A stretch of 64,000 nt of DNA from a virus (lineage: Duplodnaviria > Heunggongvirae > Uroviricota > Caudoviricetes), in IMG/VR virus record IMGVR_UViG_3300028805_000044; one strand, given 5' to 3'. Positions 48,701 through 60,789 of this stretch are shown in pieces (the first letter of the stretch is position 1; each line of letters starts with the position of its first letter). The notes under the pieces were generated by a model. The model saw only the letters and a list, made by a program, of their open reading frames with translations, was not told where the DNA came from and did not search any database. A program made the position numbers and the translations under genes.

Positions 48701-51700
48701 GATTTTAGATTACTTATATAAAGTTGTGAACCATAGTAATCTGCTATAATGGTATGAATACCGGGGCAGTTACCTATAAATACAGTCTTGACACTTGCTG
48801 GAATTGTAAGTTGTTTAAGTTTTGGACAGTTTCTAAGATTTATTGTTTCTAGCTCTGTACATCCATCTATAATAAGCTCTTCCAACATAGCTTGATCTTG
48901 ATACGTAAGAGTCTTAATTTTAGTATAAGACAGGTCAAGTTTTCTAAGTACTGAACTACTAGAAAGTGGAACTTCACTGAATGATGAATTAGATACATCT
49001 AAAACCTCAAGATTTGGAAGTTGCTATGCTATATTAAGAGGTCTATATACAATATTAGAGTTAGAGTCAAGAAGAGTAACTCCATGTAAATCCAACTTAA
49101 CAAGAGATTCTAGGTTACTAGCATCAGTTAAGAAGTTATCACTTCTAATATTAGATTGGTCTCTAAGACTAAGCTCCTTAATAAGTGGGAACTTAAGAGC
49201 TGAAATAGTATTCCAAGTAAACTGATTAAAATTATCTAAGGATGTTAAATAATTATTAGCGAATATAGTAACAACCTGAGTACCACCTACGTTATTAATT
49301 CTGTATTGTTTTGGATTTTCATCAATCCAGAATGACATAGGACGTGCAGACGTTGCTATTGTAATACGTATCTAACTTTCTGCAGTAAGACCTAATGATA
49401 CACTAGTTGGGCTTATGTTGGTGATATAAGTAGCATTGTTTTCTTTCCAGCTATCATATAGAGGAGTATTAGTAACACCTGTAAGAGTGCTATAACCTTC
49501 AGTATTTACTCCATATACACCATCTAAGAATTTGATTCTCTTTACAAACCAGTCTTTTACGTTAGCACTACCGTTACCATGTAAGTAAGAAATCTCACTG
49601 TAATTATAAGTATTATCACCATAAGTACCAGTAGCAGGATTATAACTCTTCTCTACTTGTAGATATTTAAGATAATAGTCATAATTATAAAGAGCAGGTC
49701 CAACTTTATTTATTTGTCCAACATAATATTTATCAATAAATTCAGCTGGGTCTGGGAAAAGATTAGTACGCAGGTCTCTATATACAGATTGTAATGATTT
49801 AGCATCCACACTATCAGGGCGTATATTCTCTACTATCTCTTGAAGTCTTGTATTATATCCAGAATATTCCTAGTTAAATACTCCAGAAATAGAAGAACAG
49901 TGATTAGTTACACGCGCCTCAGCTAGAGCTGATGTATCAGTATAATATCTATGTAAATGAGCATTATATGGAACAGTTTCAGCACCTACGTTGTTTACAC
50001 GTAATGCAGTATCCATATCGTAGAAACACATATACCAAATACATTCACCAGCACTTGATTTTGTCCAAGAACGTAAAGTTAAGTTCTTAGCCATAGAGTC
50101 TACAAGTCCAAATACGATAGCTATCATATAATAACTAACCATATTGTTCCAATTCATATAAAGGTCTAGTGTAGATTTTACATAGTTTACAACGTCATAA
50201 GATGGATAGTACTCTCCTGATTCCTACCAAGTACCTTCTATCTTTTTAAGTTTAGGTGTTTGCCAATCATTCTATCTATATACTTTTTTATCAGTTTCTA
50301 TATTATAGCCAAATGAAGCCAAGAATGTAAGTAATCTTCCAAGATTTGCTTCTCCCTGTCCATCTGAATCATAAGGGAATTCAAATACTCCTTCTTTCAG
50401 TATATCAGGATCATCTTGGTCAAACATAGCTATAGCACTGTTCTCTTGTACTTCCATAGAATAGATAGGAGAACCTGCTTCTACCGATGTTTCTTCAGAA
50501 TAAGAAGCTACCATTCTAGGATATGTTTCATCTTCTGTAGTATAAGTAACACCATTTAAAAGTTTAAGACCTAGATTGTAGTAAGCATAACGTCCTAAGT
50601 TGAAGTTATAAATACCCATACAACGACAGTTAGCTACATTACTACCAGTTGCTTTAAACTTTATAAATAGGATACAAGGATAACCTTCAGATGTATGTTT
50701 TACCTTACTAGCATATTGATATCCACTCTTTTCCATTGGAGGAGTATTATCAAGAGGTACAATCTTTACAGTATTTCCTTGGTTATCTTCAGTAGTTACA
50801 AGTCCGTTTACTATACTACCAACAAGAATGTTATTTACGTGAGAAGAATCCATCACGTCAGCCTTTAAGGTATATCTATTCTCTGGTAGCCAATCCTCTC
50901 TCATTTGAACAAGAACATCTTTATTAGTATCGTCTTGTCCCATATAAATTTCATAGTTCTTACTATTATATCTAAGAGAAGAAGTACCCTGAATACCTAT
51001 AGTCATACCTGTTCCGACTGTATTATCAATACGAGTTGGAGTAGCATTACCCATTGTATAATAGTCTATATTTATAGGGAATCTGGAAGCCATCACGGTT
51101 TCTTTAAGATCCTCATTGAACTTTGCTTCAGTAATTCCTAAGAAGTCAGAATCAGAAGTAAGCTGATTTACTACAACAATTGGATAAGGAATACGAGACT
51201 CTGCTAAAGCACTTACAAGACTATTTAATAGTGAGTTAGCATCTTTGTACTCAGATTCATCATTTTCATCAAAAAGTAAACTATGATAATTACCATCAGT
51301 TCCAATCTAAATGAAGTTATTTTGTAACATTTCATTCTAAGTGGACATATCTGGATTATCATTAGGACCTAATTGACTATATATAGTAGATGATATGTAA
51401 TTTTGAATTATTTCATTATCTGAAAGTGCAGTAGAATAACCTTTAAAGTCATATACGTGTACAGAACAAGCATCATATATTTCTCCATCTATTACTCTTC
51501 CTCCTATGTGTAGATAATCGTTAAAGTACCATCCATAAGCTCCACTATTATCAGTATTAAATATCTGATTAGAAGTATGAGAAGTAATCATAGAAAGTAC
51601 ACCATTTACATAGGTCTTAATAAACCAGTGATTAGGATTTGCCTCTGTATCACCAGGACCTACATAACGTTGTCCTACTATATCTATAGTTACTAAGTCT

Positions 51701-53445
51701 CCCTTTGTAATATTAGAGCTATATTGGGCAGTTTGTACTGCATATAATACTTTACCTGCTTGTATTTCTATTCCTGCAAGCAAGTTCTGATTTTCATCAT
51801 ATTTGCCAATACAAGCAACTACATCAGAAGAATCAACGTTAGAGTCTGTTCTGAATGTAAATGAAAGTGTCCATCCACTACCATCTAATAGATTTACTTC
51901 GTTAGCATTTTCAGAGAATAAAGGAAGCTCAAGATCTGTCCAAGATTTACCAGATAAGTGCATTCCTTGCATATCTGTTTGTTGCATAAATCCAGACAAG
52001 TTATGACCTTGCATATTTATATATCTCTATTGAATCACACCCTGACTACTATATGGGAATCGAGTATTTCTGTTATCATACATCCATTCGGTAATATTAC
52101 CAGTTGGAATACCCATAACAGGAGAGAAATAAGCAAATAAACTATTATTAAAGTTTGTGGCTGTTATGTATTTAGTTGCTGCTTCAGATAAAGTAAAATA
52201 TAACTCTTTAGTATCTTGAATAGCACTAGAGTCAACAGATATCGCATTAAGGGTTACCTTTACAAATTTATAAGAGTTATTATCAGTATCATATATAGTA
52301 TCGTCAGGAAGAGAAGAAGTATTAAATAGGAATTGTTGATTTACATCCTTAATAACCTTACTTATAGTTCCTGTTACTTGTCTTGAATCGTTCTCTATCA
52401 ACATTCCATTTTCAAAGTAGCATGGAGTTACAGTATAATATACATTATAATAAGAATATGCTACCCTAGAATATGTAAGTTGATAATTAAACTGTATACT
52501 GTTTCCATAGACAAACTTATTTAGTTTAGCTAAGTCTACATTATTAGTAGGCACAGTTTTATCTACTCCATATGTAAGAATATACAGAGTATTAGGTTGT
52601 ACGATAGTGCAACTAAAAGATACACTTTCAGAACGTAATAAATTATCATTAAGTACACCAACAGCATAAATCTCGAAAGTAAAAGTTTCACCAATAGATG
52701 TACTTTTTCTTTCATCTAGATAGTTTACGATAGAGTCTATTCTAAATTGAGATTCTTTTGCCTGTGGAATATCAAAGCTATCAATCTAATCACCATTACA
52801 TAATACAACTATATTAAGATCGCTATCAGTACTGTTTGAAGCTGTAATAACTACCGAACCAACTGGATTTTGTGGATATATAGTTGAATTTGGAACAGAT
52901 GTCTATGTAAGTTTGATTGCTCCTGCAATTACAGTAAGAGTAACTGGAGAAGCATAGTTCTATCCAGAGTTAGCATTTATAGTAAGTCTATTGGTAGAAC
53001 TTGTGAGATTGTTAATCTTTATTTCAGAACGAGTAAGAGAAGTAATTACATAACTTCCTTTTGTATTACCATTTTCGTCTTGAATTATTACATTAAAGTT
53101 CTTTTTAACACTACCTCCATTAATTGTTATATGTACGGTTACAGAAGTTCCAGAGGTATAGACTCTGTTACCTTCTTCTATATCTATAGTATAAGCAGTA
53201 GAGTCACCACCTCCACCACCTCCGCCTCCACCACCGCCTTTGGCTCCATTTTGATAGATCCAGGCGATGTTCTTTTCGGCTTGGAATATTCTATTATCTA
53301 ATTTGGTAAAGCCCTAATCTACTGATATTGACTCTCCATTCTCGTCTACATATCCGGGATTGGAGAGTTCAATATTAGCAGCATTGGAAGCTCCATCAAT
53401 AACCCATTGCTGAGTTCGCTCGTCCCAATGTTTTATTTTACTCAT
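45745..53445 (-). CDS. Giant multidomain protein, 2566 aa: Gly hinge, Ig-like/LamG region, CotH-kinase-like domain, leucine-rich repeats
   Basis: Fourteen track fragments are all in one frame and end in TAG. Starts at an ATGA overlap (53442-53445) and ends TAA 45745. Motifs: GAKG9 hinge, WTLSFTFRT (LamG-like), GIQGTSSLRYNSKNYEI, YTLKADVMDSSHVNN, GIYNFNLGR, DSMAKN, WYMCFYDMDTA, and repeated MFxGCxxL/LxxL units. Confidence 0.8.
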
Positions 53446-55049
53446 ATTACGATAAATGGTCTTGTACTTAATCTTGGTTGATTAGTTGTTATCATACTTT
53501 CAACTCTTCTTGATGTTCCATCAAATAAGAAGCAGTTTCCATCGTTAACCATAAGACCTCCCCAGTACCATCCTGAGTCAGAGCTATGATAATCGTTAAG
53601 ATTTCTAACCTATATAAGATCTGCAGGTTTACTTGGTAATAGAGGACATTTTAAACGTCCAAGAACGTTCTATATTCTAGCTATTTTTGTAAATGCACAT
53701 ATCCATTCAAGTGGAGTTCCTAAAGCCCATTGATGTTGAGTTCCTCCAGTACCAGGAGCATATTCATAACATAAATATGGAGCAGGAAAGAATGTAGGAG
53801 TACTTCCCTCTGATGTTCCCATTTGCCATACTGTATAATAGTCTCCATTTGTATTTACTTGAGGTTTTACACATCTACTTATAATATTTGGAATCAAGAA
53901 TTCATTAGCAGAACCAAAGAATTTATAAGGATTACCTCTATCATTTAAAAGATTTGGAGAAGGAGGTAAATCCTTAAGAAGTATCGGATTAGCAGTTACA
54001 TCATCACTAGCTGCTACCTGCATATATGGACAAGGAGAATAGTAATGTCTGCTATATTGATATTTATGGTCTGACTAATCTGAAGTAGCCTGTATTTGTA
54101 TTGTCTATGGAGCGTAATAACTACCTCTATAATAAGGGTTATTCATAGTCATTCCTCCAGGAAGTACATACGAAGGATCTCCGTCGTGACAACATTCTAC
54201 AAAAGGAGTATGTCCTTTCTAACTCCAATCATAAACTCCAAGTATATCATAAGTGCTTCTGAAATCAACAGCTTCTGTATAGCTCATATTACCTGAAGGC
54301 TTGTTAGTACTTACTAAATCAGGCATTTCTTCTTCTGTATCATATTGAATAGGTCCATCAAATTCTCCTCTATGGAATAATAGACCAGTATAAGGAATCT
54401 ATGAATAACATTCTATATTGTCTTCATGCCATAACATTTCTTCAAGCTTAGGAGCAAACATACACCACTCTTCATAATGGTCTTCACAACTCTTTACATG
54501 ACCATCAGTATTGTCATAAGCTAAGTTTTCTAAACCTATAAAATGGGCATGTTCATCAAACATTCCCTTAGGAATTACACAAACACCAAGAGCTAGGTCT
54601 GTTATATTTTCATCGTACTCTGCTGTATAAAGTTCTCCATTACTTCGTTCGTAAAGAACACACCCTACAGGTATGTCTGAGACGAAATCATTAGTCTTTG
54701 ATACAGCTTCTTGAGCATTAAATACACTATAATATCCTACAGTTTCGTGACTAGCAGTAAGCGTAGCTTGCTGGGGAATTACCCCAGCAGCTAACGTCTT
54801 TTTCTATGTTCCTTGTAAAACTACTTCAGTTATACTAGAATCTTTAAAAGCATCTTCTTTAATTTCTGTTATTGTATGTGGAATCGTTATTTTCTAAATA
54901 TCACAATTCTTAAAAGCCTCAGCTTTAATTGTATCTGTATCCATCACATACTATATCTTATGTTTCCCGTTTCCCTATAACGTAGCTCTTACTGGAGTAG
55001 TGAGATTATTTATTTCTACACCATCCACTAATATTTTAGTTACTGCCAT
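53442..55049 (-). CDS. Protein with N-terminal BspA-type LRRs, 535 aa (mostly missed by the track)
   Basis: Checked codon by codon from MAVTKILVDG (TAATG overlap) to TGA 53442. Contains TIKAEAFKNCDI[Q]KITIPHTITEIKEDAFKDSSITEV, typical LRR_5 repeats. Confidence 0.75.
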
Positions 55050-58000
55050 TAATTACTATTTAGTAAGGTTACTTGTTGTCCATTATTTCCTGTTAATTCT
55101 GCATTAACTACCGAGTATACACTATTACCTTCTTGGGGCTCAGCCCCACCACCAGGCTCTTCATTACCTCCAGAAGTAGCATAACTTAGCTCTACAATTA
55201 TATTGTTAGAAGGATTATTCTGTCCATTTCCAGGAACCTTTTCCAAGTCAGCAGCTGTATAAGGATTGTTGTAAGTATAAACCCATCCTACACTTGCATC
55301 CATAGATAAAGAAGTAGGTTTAGTCTTAAATACTCTTCCAAGAATTCTGTCTCTTTCAGTTGTAGAACCTGCTGGATTTGTAACTTCTGTTCCCTTACCA
55401 ACTCTCCATAATATATAGTGTGGATAGTTCTGGCCTCCATTCTTCTTTTCCGTAGCGAATCTATCAGTAGAAGCAGCAGTACCCTTAGCTGGGTAATAAG
55501 CTTCTAGCCAAGGAATATTAGCAGTAGGTAATTCCTTATTAGAAGTAGTCTTATAACCAGTAGCTTGTAAGGTTACATATTTAACATATGTTTGTTCATG
55601 TCCCTGTCCATCATATAAGTCTCCAAACTGTACAAGATGTGCTTTATCACCGCCCATAGAAGTGTACCAAGCAGGATATGTTATCTCTCCATTTTCTACA
55701 TGATAGTCTGGATCATATACGAAAGGTTTCATTCTATTATCAGGATTATCCCTCATAAGACGTGAACAGGTATAAGTATGCTTGTGTCCACCTATACAAA
55801 GTCTAAAGTTATTATCTTCTAGGAATTTACTGAACCAATAATTACCCACAGAATTTAAATGCGAACCACCTCTGCTATAAGCTACATTTTCGTTTAAGTC
55901 TCCATCCAAGTAGTTATATTTAACAGTATCTCCACTGGATGTTCCATAAATTTGTCCTCTAGTAAGAAGTGTAAATGGATTGTCATGTGTAAAAGCAACC
56001 TTCCATTTTATCTTGTTATCTATATGTTGTAAGTCATTTACACACCACTGTTTAATAATGCTATATATTCCTGTAGGACCTGTAGGATCTCCGTCAGCAC
56101 TATAGTTACTAGAAACTCCATACAAATCTTGTTGTGTAGTAAGAGTAAACTCTGAATTCATGCATAGGAAGTATACATCTCCATATATAAATGAATATAC
56201 AGAAGGAATATACTTATCATTACTATCAACAATAGGCATATCGTAAGGGAATTCAAAAGTAAAGAAAAAATTAATATTTTCAGGATTTACTTTATTAAGG
56301 TCTTCTCCAGTTCCCAGAACTTTTGGATCAGCAGAACACAAGTCATTGTTACCAATAGTGAACATTTGTTCTATATTTCTATAAAACCTAGATGCATCAC
56401 GATAAAAAGCTAACCATTCATTTAGACGATTGCCATTCTATGTCTGGTCACCTGTATTCATTTGCCATTCATAAGCAAGATCTGGATCGTTATCGCCATC
56501 ATTCTTTATAAAATCAGCAGTAATTCCCCAAGTTTTGTATTCTTCATCATGGAATCCCTATTGGTCTGTAGTTTGTACAAATTGGAAACCTCTTTCAATT
56601 ACCTTGTCTCGATTTCTCATAGTGAATTGGTACGTATCAGACCAATGCCCATCTCTACCAACTTTATAATTATATACCTAAGTATCTTCGGGTTCATCAA
56701 AATCGTGAATAAACTTGTGAACAGTATAGTCTTCACCAGAGGTAGCTACGTTTCTAATCCTATTATAAATAGGACTGTCCCAGTTACGACCATTACCAGA
56801 ACGACCATCGCCCTCTTTAAATGATTCATAAATATCTGCCTGGTCTTCTGAAGTACCAACTGGCCATATTTTAATAAATTCATCGTAGTATCCTTTAGAA
56901 ATCCAGTTGAAGCAACGAGTTCTATGAGCATTCCATCCAAATGAGCAGTTAACTACATTAGGACCTTCAACAAGCTTTGCCTTATTAAAGAATATACTCT
57001 TTCCTTCCTTAGAATTACATGGTTTATAATCATTTATATCTACTGAAGGATTAACATTTGCTAAATTGAAATAGGTCCACTATGCATTTGCACTATTATC
57101 TAGAGCAGATGGAGCTTTAAGAGCCTATTTAACTGGATCCATATTAAAATATCTAAATATTAAGCAATTATTAGGAGTAAGTCCAGTTCTTCTATTATTA
57201 AATGGAGACTTACAACATTCCATGCCTTCACCTATACCTATGAGATCGATAAAGTACTTAGCTACATTACCATCCTTAAATAGTTGTGTAGAAGTAAATG
57301 GATGTTCATCAAATGGAGTGGCAAGTCCAAGAGCATAATCGGCTTGTTCTGCATCCTCGAATCCTCCACTTAGATAAATAGAACAAGAATATCCCAATTT
57401 AAGAAGTCTATTTTCATCCCATACAGAATGAGCTGAAGTTTCATTTGTTGCTGCTACCTCAAGAACTTCTGGATTCTTAGTGTTAGCATAAGTCCATTCC
57501 ATATCGGGTTCTCCCACTCTTATCAAAGTTGTATTTGAATCATAAACTGAACAAGGAGCACATCTTATTAAGAATGTTCTACCTGCTGGGATATGACCTG
57601 TAAGAGGAAGAGTAATCCACTATCTACCATTTACAGCAACTTCTCCTTCAGAGTAGTGAAGATAAAGTCCATTAAGATTAAGATCCTAAGTAGAAATATT
57701 ACATAATTCTATAAAACTATGGGATACGGGATTATAACTATATTTATCAGAGTCTCCTCCACAATAAACCATGTTTATATAGACGAAAGGACTTTCTACT
57801 GAAGAATGTTCACTTAAAGGATAGTATAGAGGACTATACATACCTCCAGATAGGACTTTCTGAGAAGTTTTCAATACGCTGTGTGATTTATCTACTAATG
57901 TGAGATCACCATTCTTTACACCTAGAACATATAGATCATTGTTATTCATCATATCAACGAACTCTATACCAGTGATTCTCTTATAATTATTAATCGTTTC

Positions 58001-58948
58001 TTGTATAATTCCGTCCATGTCTGTTTCTATATCAATTGGTTCGTCGGAGCCTCCTCCGCTTGTAGCACCAATCTTTATTAATTGATAAGTTTTTGGATCT
58101 TTAATCCATAATGTCTAAGTATCATAGCACCATAGCAGTTCTCTTTCTTCAAAGTCATCTGCATGGTTTTTCATATAAATCTAAGTACCACTTTTTACTT
58201 TTAAGCAATAAGTATTTGGACAATGTTCTGCGTTTAGATATTCAGGTTCAGGAGCTTCATATACTTCAGTATGGGAATTCTCCTCCTAAGTTGCATTATC
58301 CTCTTCTTCAGAAGTTCCATAATTTGGCTCTTCTGAGGGTAAATCGTCTTGTGATGTAGACTTATTATGTGAGAAGTCTCCTGGATCTATCTCTGTCTAC
58401 ATATACATTAATCTATTTACTTTTTGCTATAAGATGTTAAGTACCTTAAGCATATTTTGAACAACATCAGACGAAGACTAATAACCTTCTTCAGATGTAT
58501 CAATCCATATTCCACCTTTATCATCCGGAGGAGTATCTTGAATGTAAATTTTTCTGAATGACTCCCAATATTCACCATTCCAAAAGCGTAGATCATCTAG
58601 ACTATCTATATAGACTATTTGACCTCTCATTTGTAAAGCAGTTTTTGTAGCCAATTCATCAAGGTCTTCCACAACCACGAGAGAAAGACCTCCTCCTCCA
58701 GAGCCTCCTTGTCCTTCCCAAAGTTCCCAAGCACCATTTCTATATATAAACATATGTGCATCATCGGCAACTTCTTTAACATAGCAGAGCATTCCATGTT
58801 TTAGTTTGTTAGTGGATAGGAAAGCATTCATTTCCTCGATGGTTTCTACCTGAATATAACCACCTCGTAAGTCATTTACATCAGCAATAGCAAATTTTTG
58901 ACCGTTCTTTGGTCTAAATTCTGATATAATTTCTAAAAATTCGCTCAT
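55049..58948 (-). CDS. Structural protein with lamin-tail-like and purple-acid-phosphatase-like (FN3 + calcineurin-like metallophosphoesterase) domains, 1299 aa
   Basis: Fragments 58478-58954, 57686-58018, 57125-57526 and 55049-56365 are in one frame. Lamin-tail-like LNGLYLHY...W..LPLTGHIPAGRTFLIR. Phosphoesterase motifs FVQTTDQ[Q]G, MNTGDQT[Q]NG, TIGNNDL, FTHDNP and IGGHKHTY occur in the canonical order. Confidence 0.8.
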
Positions 58949-58956
58949 AAACAATG

Positions 58957-58980
58957 AAAGGCGAGCAAATGCCCGCCTTT
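58957..58980 (-). terminator. Intergenic hairpin, terminator-like
   Basis: AAAGGCGGGC-AUUU-GCUCGCCUUU: a 10-bp stem with one G-U pair; the U tract is weak. Confidence 0.55.
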
Positions 58981-58984
58981 TATA

Positions 58985-59437
58985 TTAGTCTTCTTCAACA
59001 AATAATGTATAAAGAATTTCCAAGAAGTCGGCAGCGTTGAGTTTTTGTCCGTTAATTTCTACGTCATTACCTGCATTTAGCTCAAGGATTTCTGTATATT
59101 CATCCTCAGTTAGTTTAGTGTCGATAACAACTTCTTCTTGACCTCTTTTTAAAACAAACCCATTGTAATCCTCTTGAATTTGTCTATTCCAATCTTCAAC
59201 CTGCTTTGTTTCTTGTTCACTCTTATCTTTCTTTTGCACAATCTCAGAATAGCCCTCTGGAGTAAAACCCTTAATTGCTTCCTGTACATCTTCATCGAAC
59301 TCTTTTCTTACTTTTCCTAATTTAATACGCATTTGCATAACTTTAACTTTCAAGTCCTTAGAAAGTTCTTTTCCATCATTCTTTAGAAGGACTTTAGAGA
59401 TAAAATTCTGTTTTACTAGAGCCTCATTTGTTGTCAT
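58985..59437 (-). CDS. Hypothetical helical protein, 150 aa (possible tail-fibre assembly chaperone)
   Basis: Complete TAG-free ORF ending in TAA; the function is a positional guess only. Confidence 0.7.
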   Translation of the reverse strand: MTTNEALVKQNFISKVLLKNDGKELSKDLKVKVMQMRIKLGKVRKEFDEDVQEAIKGFTPEGYSEIVQKKDKSEQETKQVEDWNRQIQEDYNGFVLKRGQEEVVIDTKLTEDEYTEILELNAGNDVEINGQKLNAADFLEILYTLFVEED

Positions 59438-59439
59438 AA

Positions 59440-59724
59440 TCAGTCTTGTTCTAATTCATTAATTATTGCTGCAATTACACCGTCTAAGAAAGCTTCGACA
59501 GCGGTGAATTGCTGCTTTTTTATACCACTAATATTCTTATCTATAATTTCTCCAGCTCTTTGACTATAGCTATAAGTGCCTAAGTAAGAACCATCCACAT
59601 TCTGAAAACTACCATTCAAAGTGAAAGTATTCTATGTTTCATTAACACTTAGTTCACCTTGAAGTTTAAAGTCATTTCCTGTTTCTGTAACAGTGTACTG
59701 AGTACGTTTGTTTGTTAGTTCCAT
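59440..59724 (-). CDS. Hypothetical protein, 94 aa (missed by the track)
   Basis: MELTNKRTQYTVTETGNDF...NET[Q]NTF...INELEQD-TGA; one TAG at 59632; lies downstream of a promoter match. Confidence 0.7.
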
Positions 59725-59750
59725 ATATTAAGTAATATTAATTTTCTTTC

Positions 59751-59781
59751 TAAAGATATAATATTTATTGTATTTTGCAAA
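59751..59781 (-). promoter_or_regulatory. Bacteroidota sigma-type promoter
   Basis: TTTG (59778-59781), 19-nt spacer, TATCTTTA (59751-59758; one mismatch to TAnnTTTG), in an AT-rich 100-bp intergenic gap. Confidence 0.55.
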
Positions 59782-59824
59782 CTATTTTAAAAATTTTTAA
59801 CAATTTATATATAAGATAACTTCA

Positions 59825-60787
59825 TTAACTGGAAGATGGCTAAGGATACTACTAAATAGTACATGTAACTGGCTAAAATTGAGTTCCATCAGATAAAGTA
59901 ATAGTAACCTATGCATTCATAACAAAAATTGGTCTATTTCCAATTTGACTAGTAGGTTCAACATAAATTTCTTGGGAAGTTCCATATTTATATATAGTAT
60001 ATGTAAAGTTATCTTGTCCAGTATTATATCCAGGCCAATCTCCAATACCTACAGCTCCATCTCTAAGATAAATAGTAGCATAAGCTGAATAACCTGATGT
60101 ATAATTCATATAAACATATATTGTTCTTGGATAATAATTAGGGTAATTTACATATCCGCCTGCCCAATCTACAGTAAGAGTATCTAGTTCTGCTGTGTTC
60201 CATCTTATATCAGGTCTCTAATTAGTAGCTATATATGTTGTGTTAGCTTCCTAATATATAGGTATATCAGGCCCTTCAATGTAAATTCCTTTAACAGTTC
60301 CTGTAGGTTTACTATACCCTTTTAGTGTTCTAGAAGTTTTAGTGTTTCCTAAATCACTTCCAGAAACATAAGGACCATAAATATATGTAGAACCACCATA
60401 ATGCCAACTTACTTCATCTTCATAAGTACCATCAGAATAATACGTCCTTGTCTTATAATTCCACTTAACTTCCTATACACCACGACGCTAGCCTCCTGAA
60501 GCAGGAATATCTCCTCCATCACATTCATAATTAGTAGTAGCATATACCTAATAAATAGTTCCTGTACCAGTCTAAGTTCTAGACACAGTTACATCAGCAT
60601 CTCTAACAAGTTGATTACTATCATAAGTTCCGCTTATTGATACTGTACTGTTACCATTTGTTACATATCCAGGAATTGCACTTTTAGTGGGGCAGAGGTT
60701 AGGAGTAGAACTACTCGCAGTAGTTCCTACCCCAACAGCATCTGCTTTATTTTTTAAACTTGCTAATGTAAGTATTAAATCTGCCAT
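59825..60787 (-). CDS. Tail-fibre-associated beta-rich protein, 320 aa
   Basis: Fragments 60572-60787 and 59909-60109 join through 11 TAGs (checked) to TAA 59825. Thr/Tyr/Gly-rich, with motifs LCPTKSAI, YDSNQLV and DIPASGG. Confidence 0.65.
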
Positions 60788-60789
60788 AA

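Noticed and set aside
53205-53240. ACC/TCC/GCC microsatellite-like run, and similarly the A/G-rich coding run at about 9600-9720
   Set aside because: These simply encode a poly-Gly hinge and a Lys/Glu linker; mixed codons argue against a phase-variable repeat.
53442-53800. Possible diversity-generating retroelement target (the C-terminus ending ...STRPFIVI loosely recalls C-type-lectin variable regions)
   Set aside because: No reverse transcriptase and no near-identical template repeat differing at adenines was seen in the window; the resemblance is weak.
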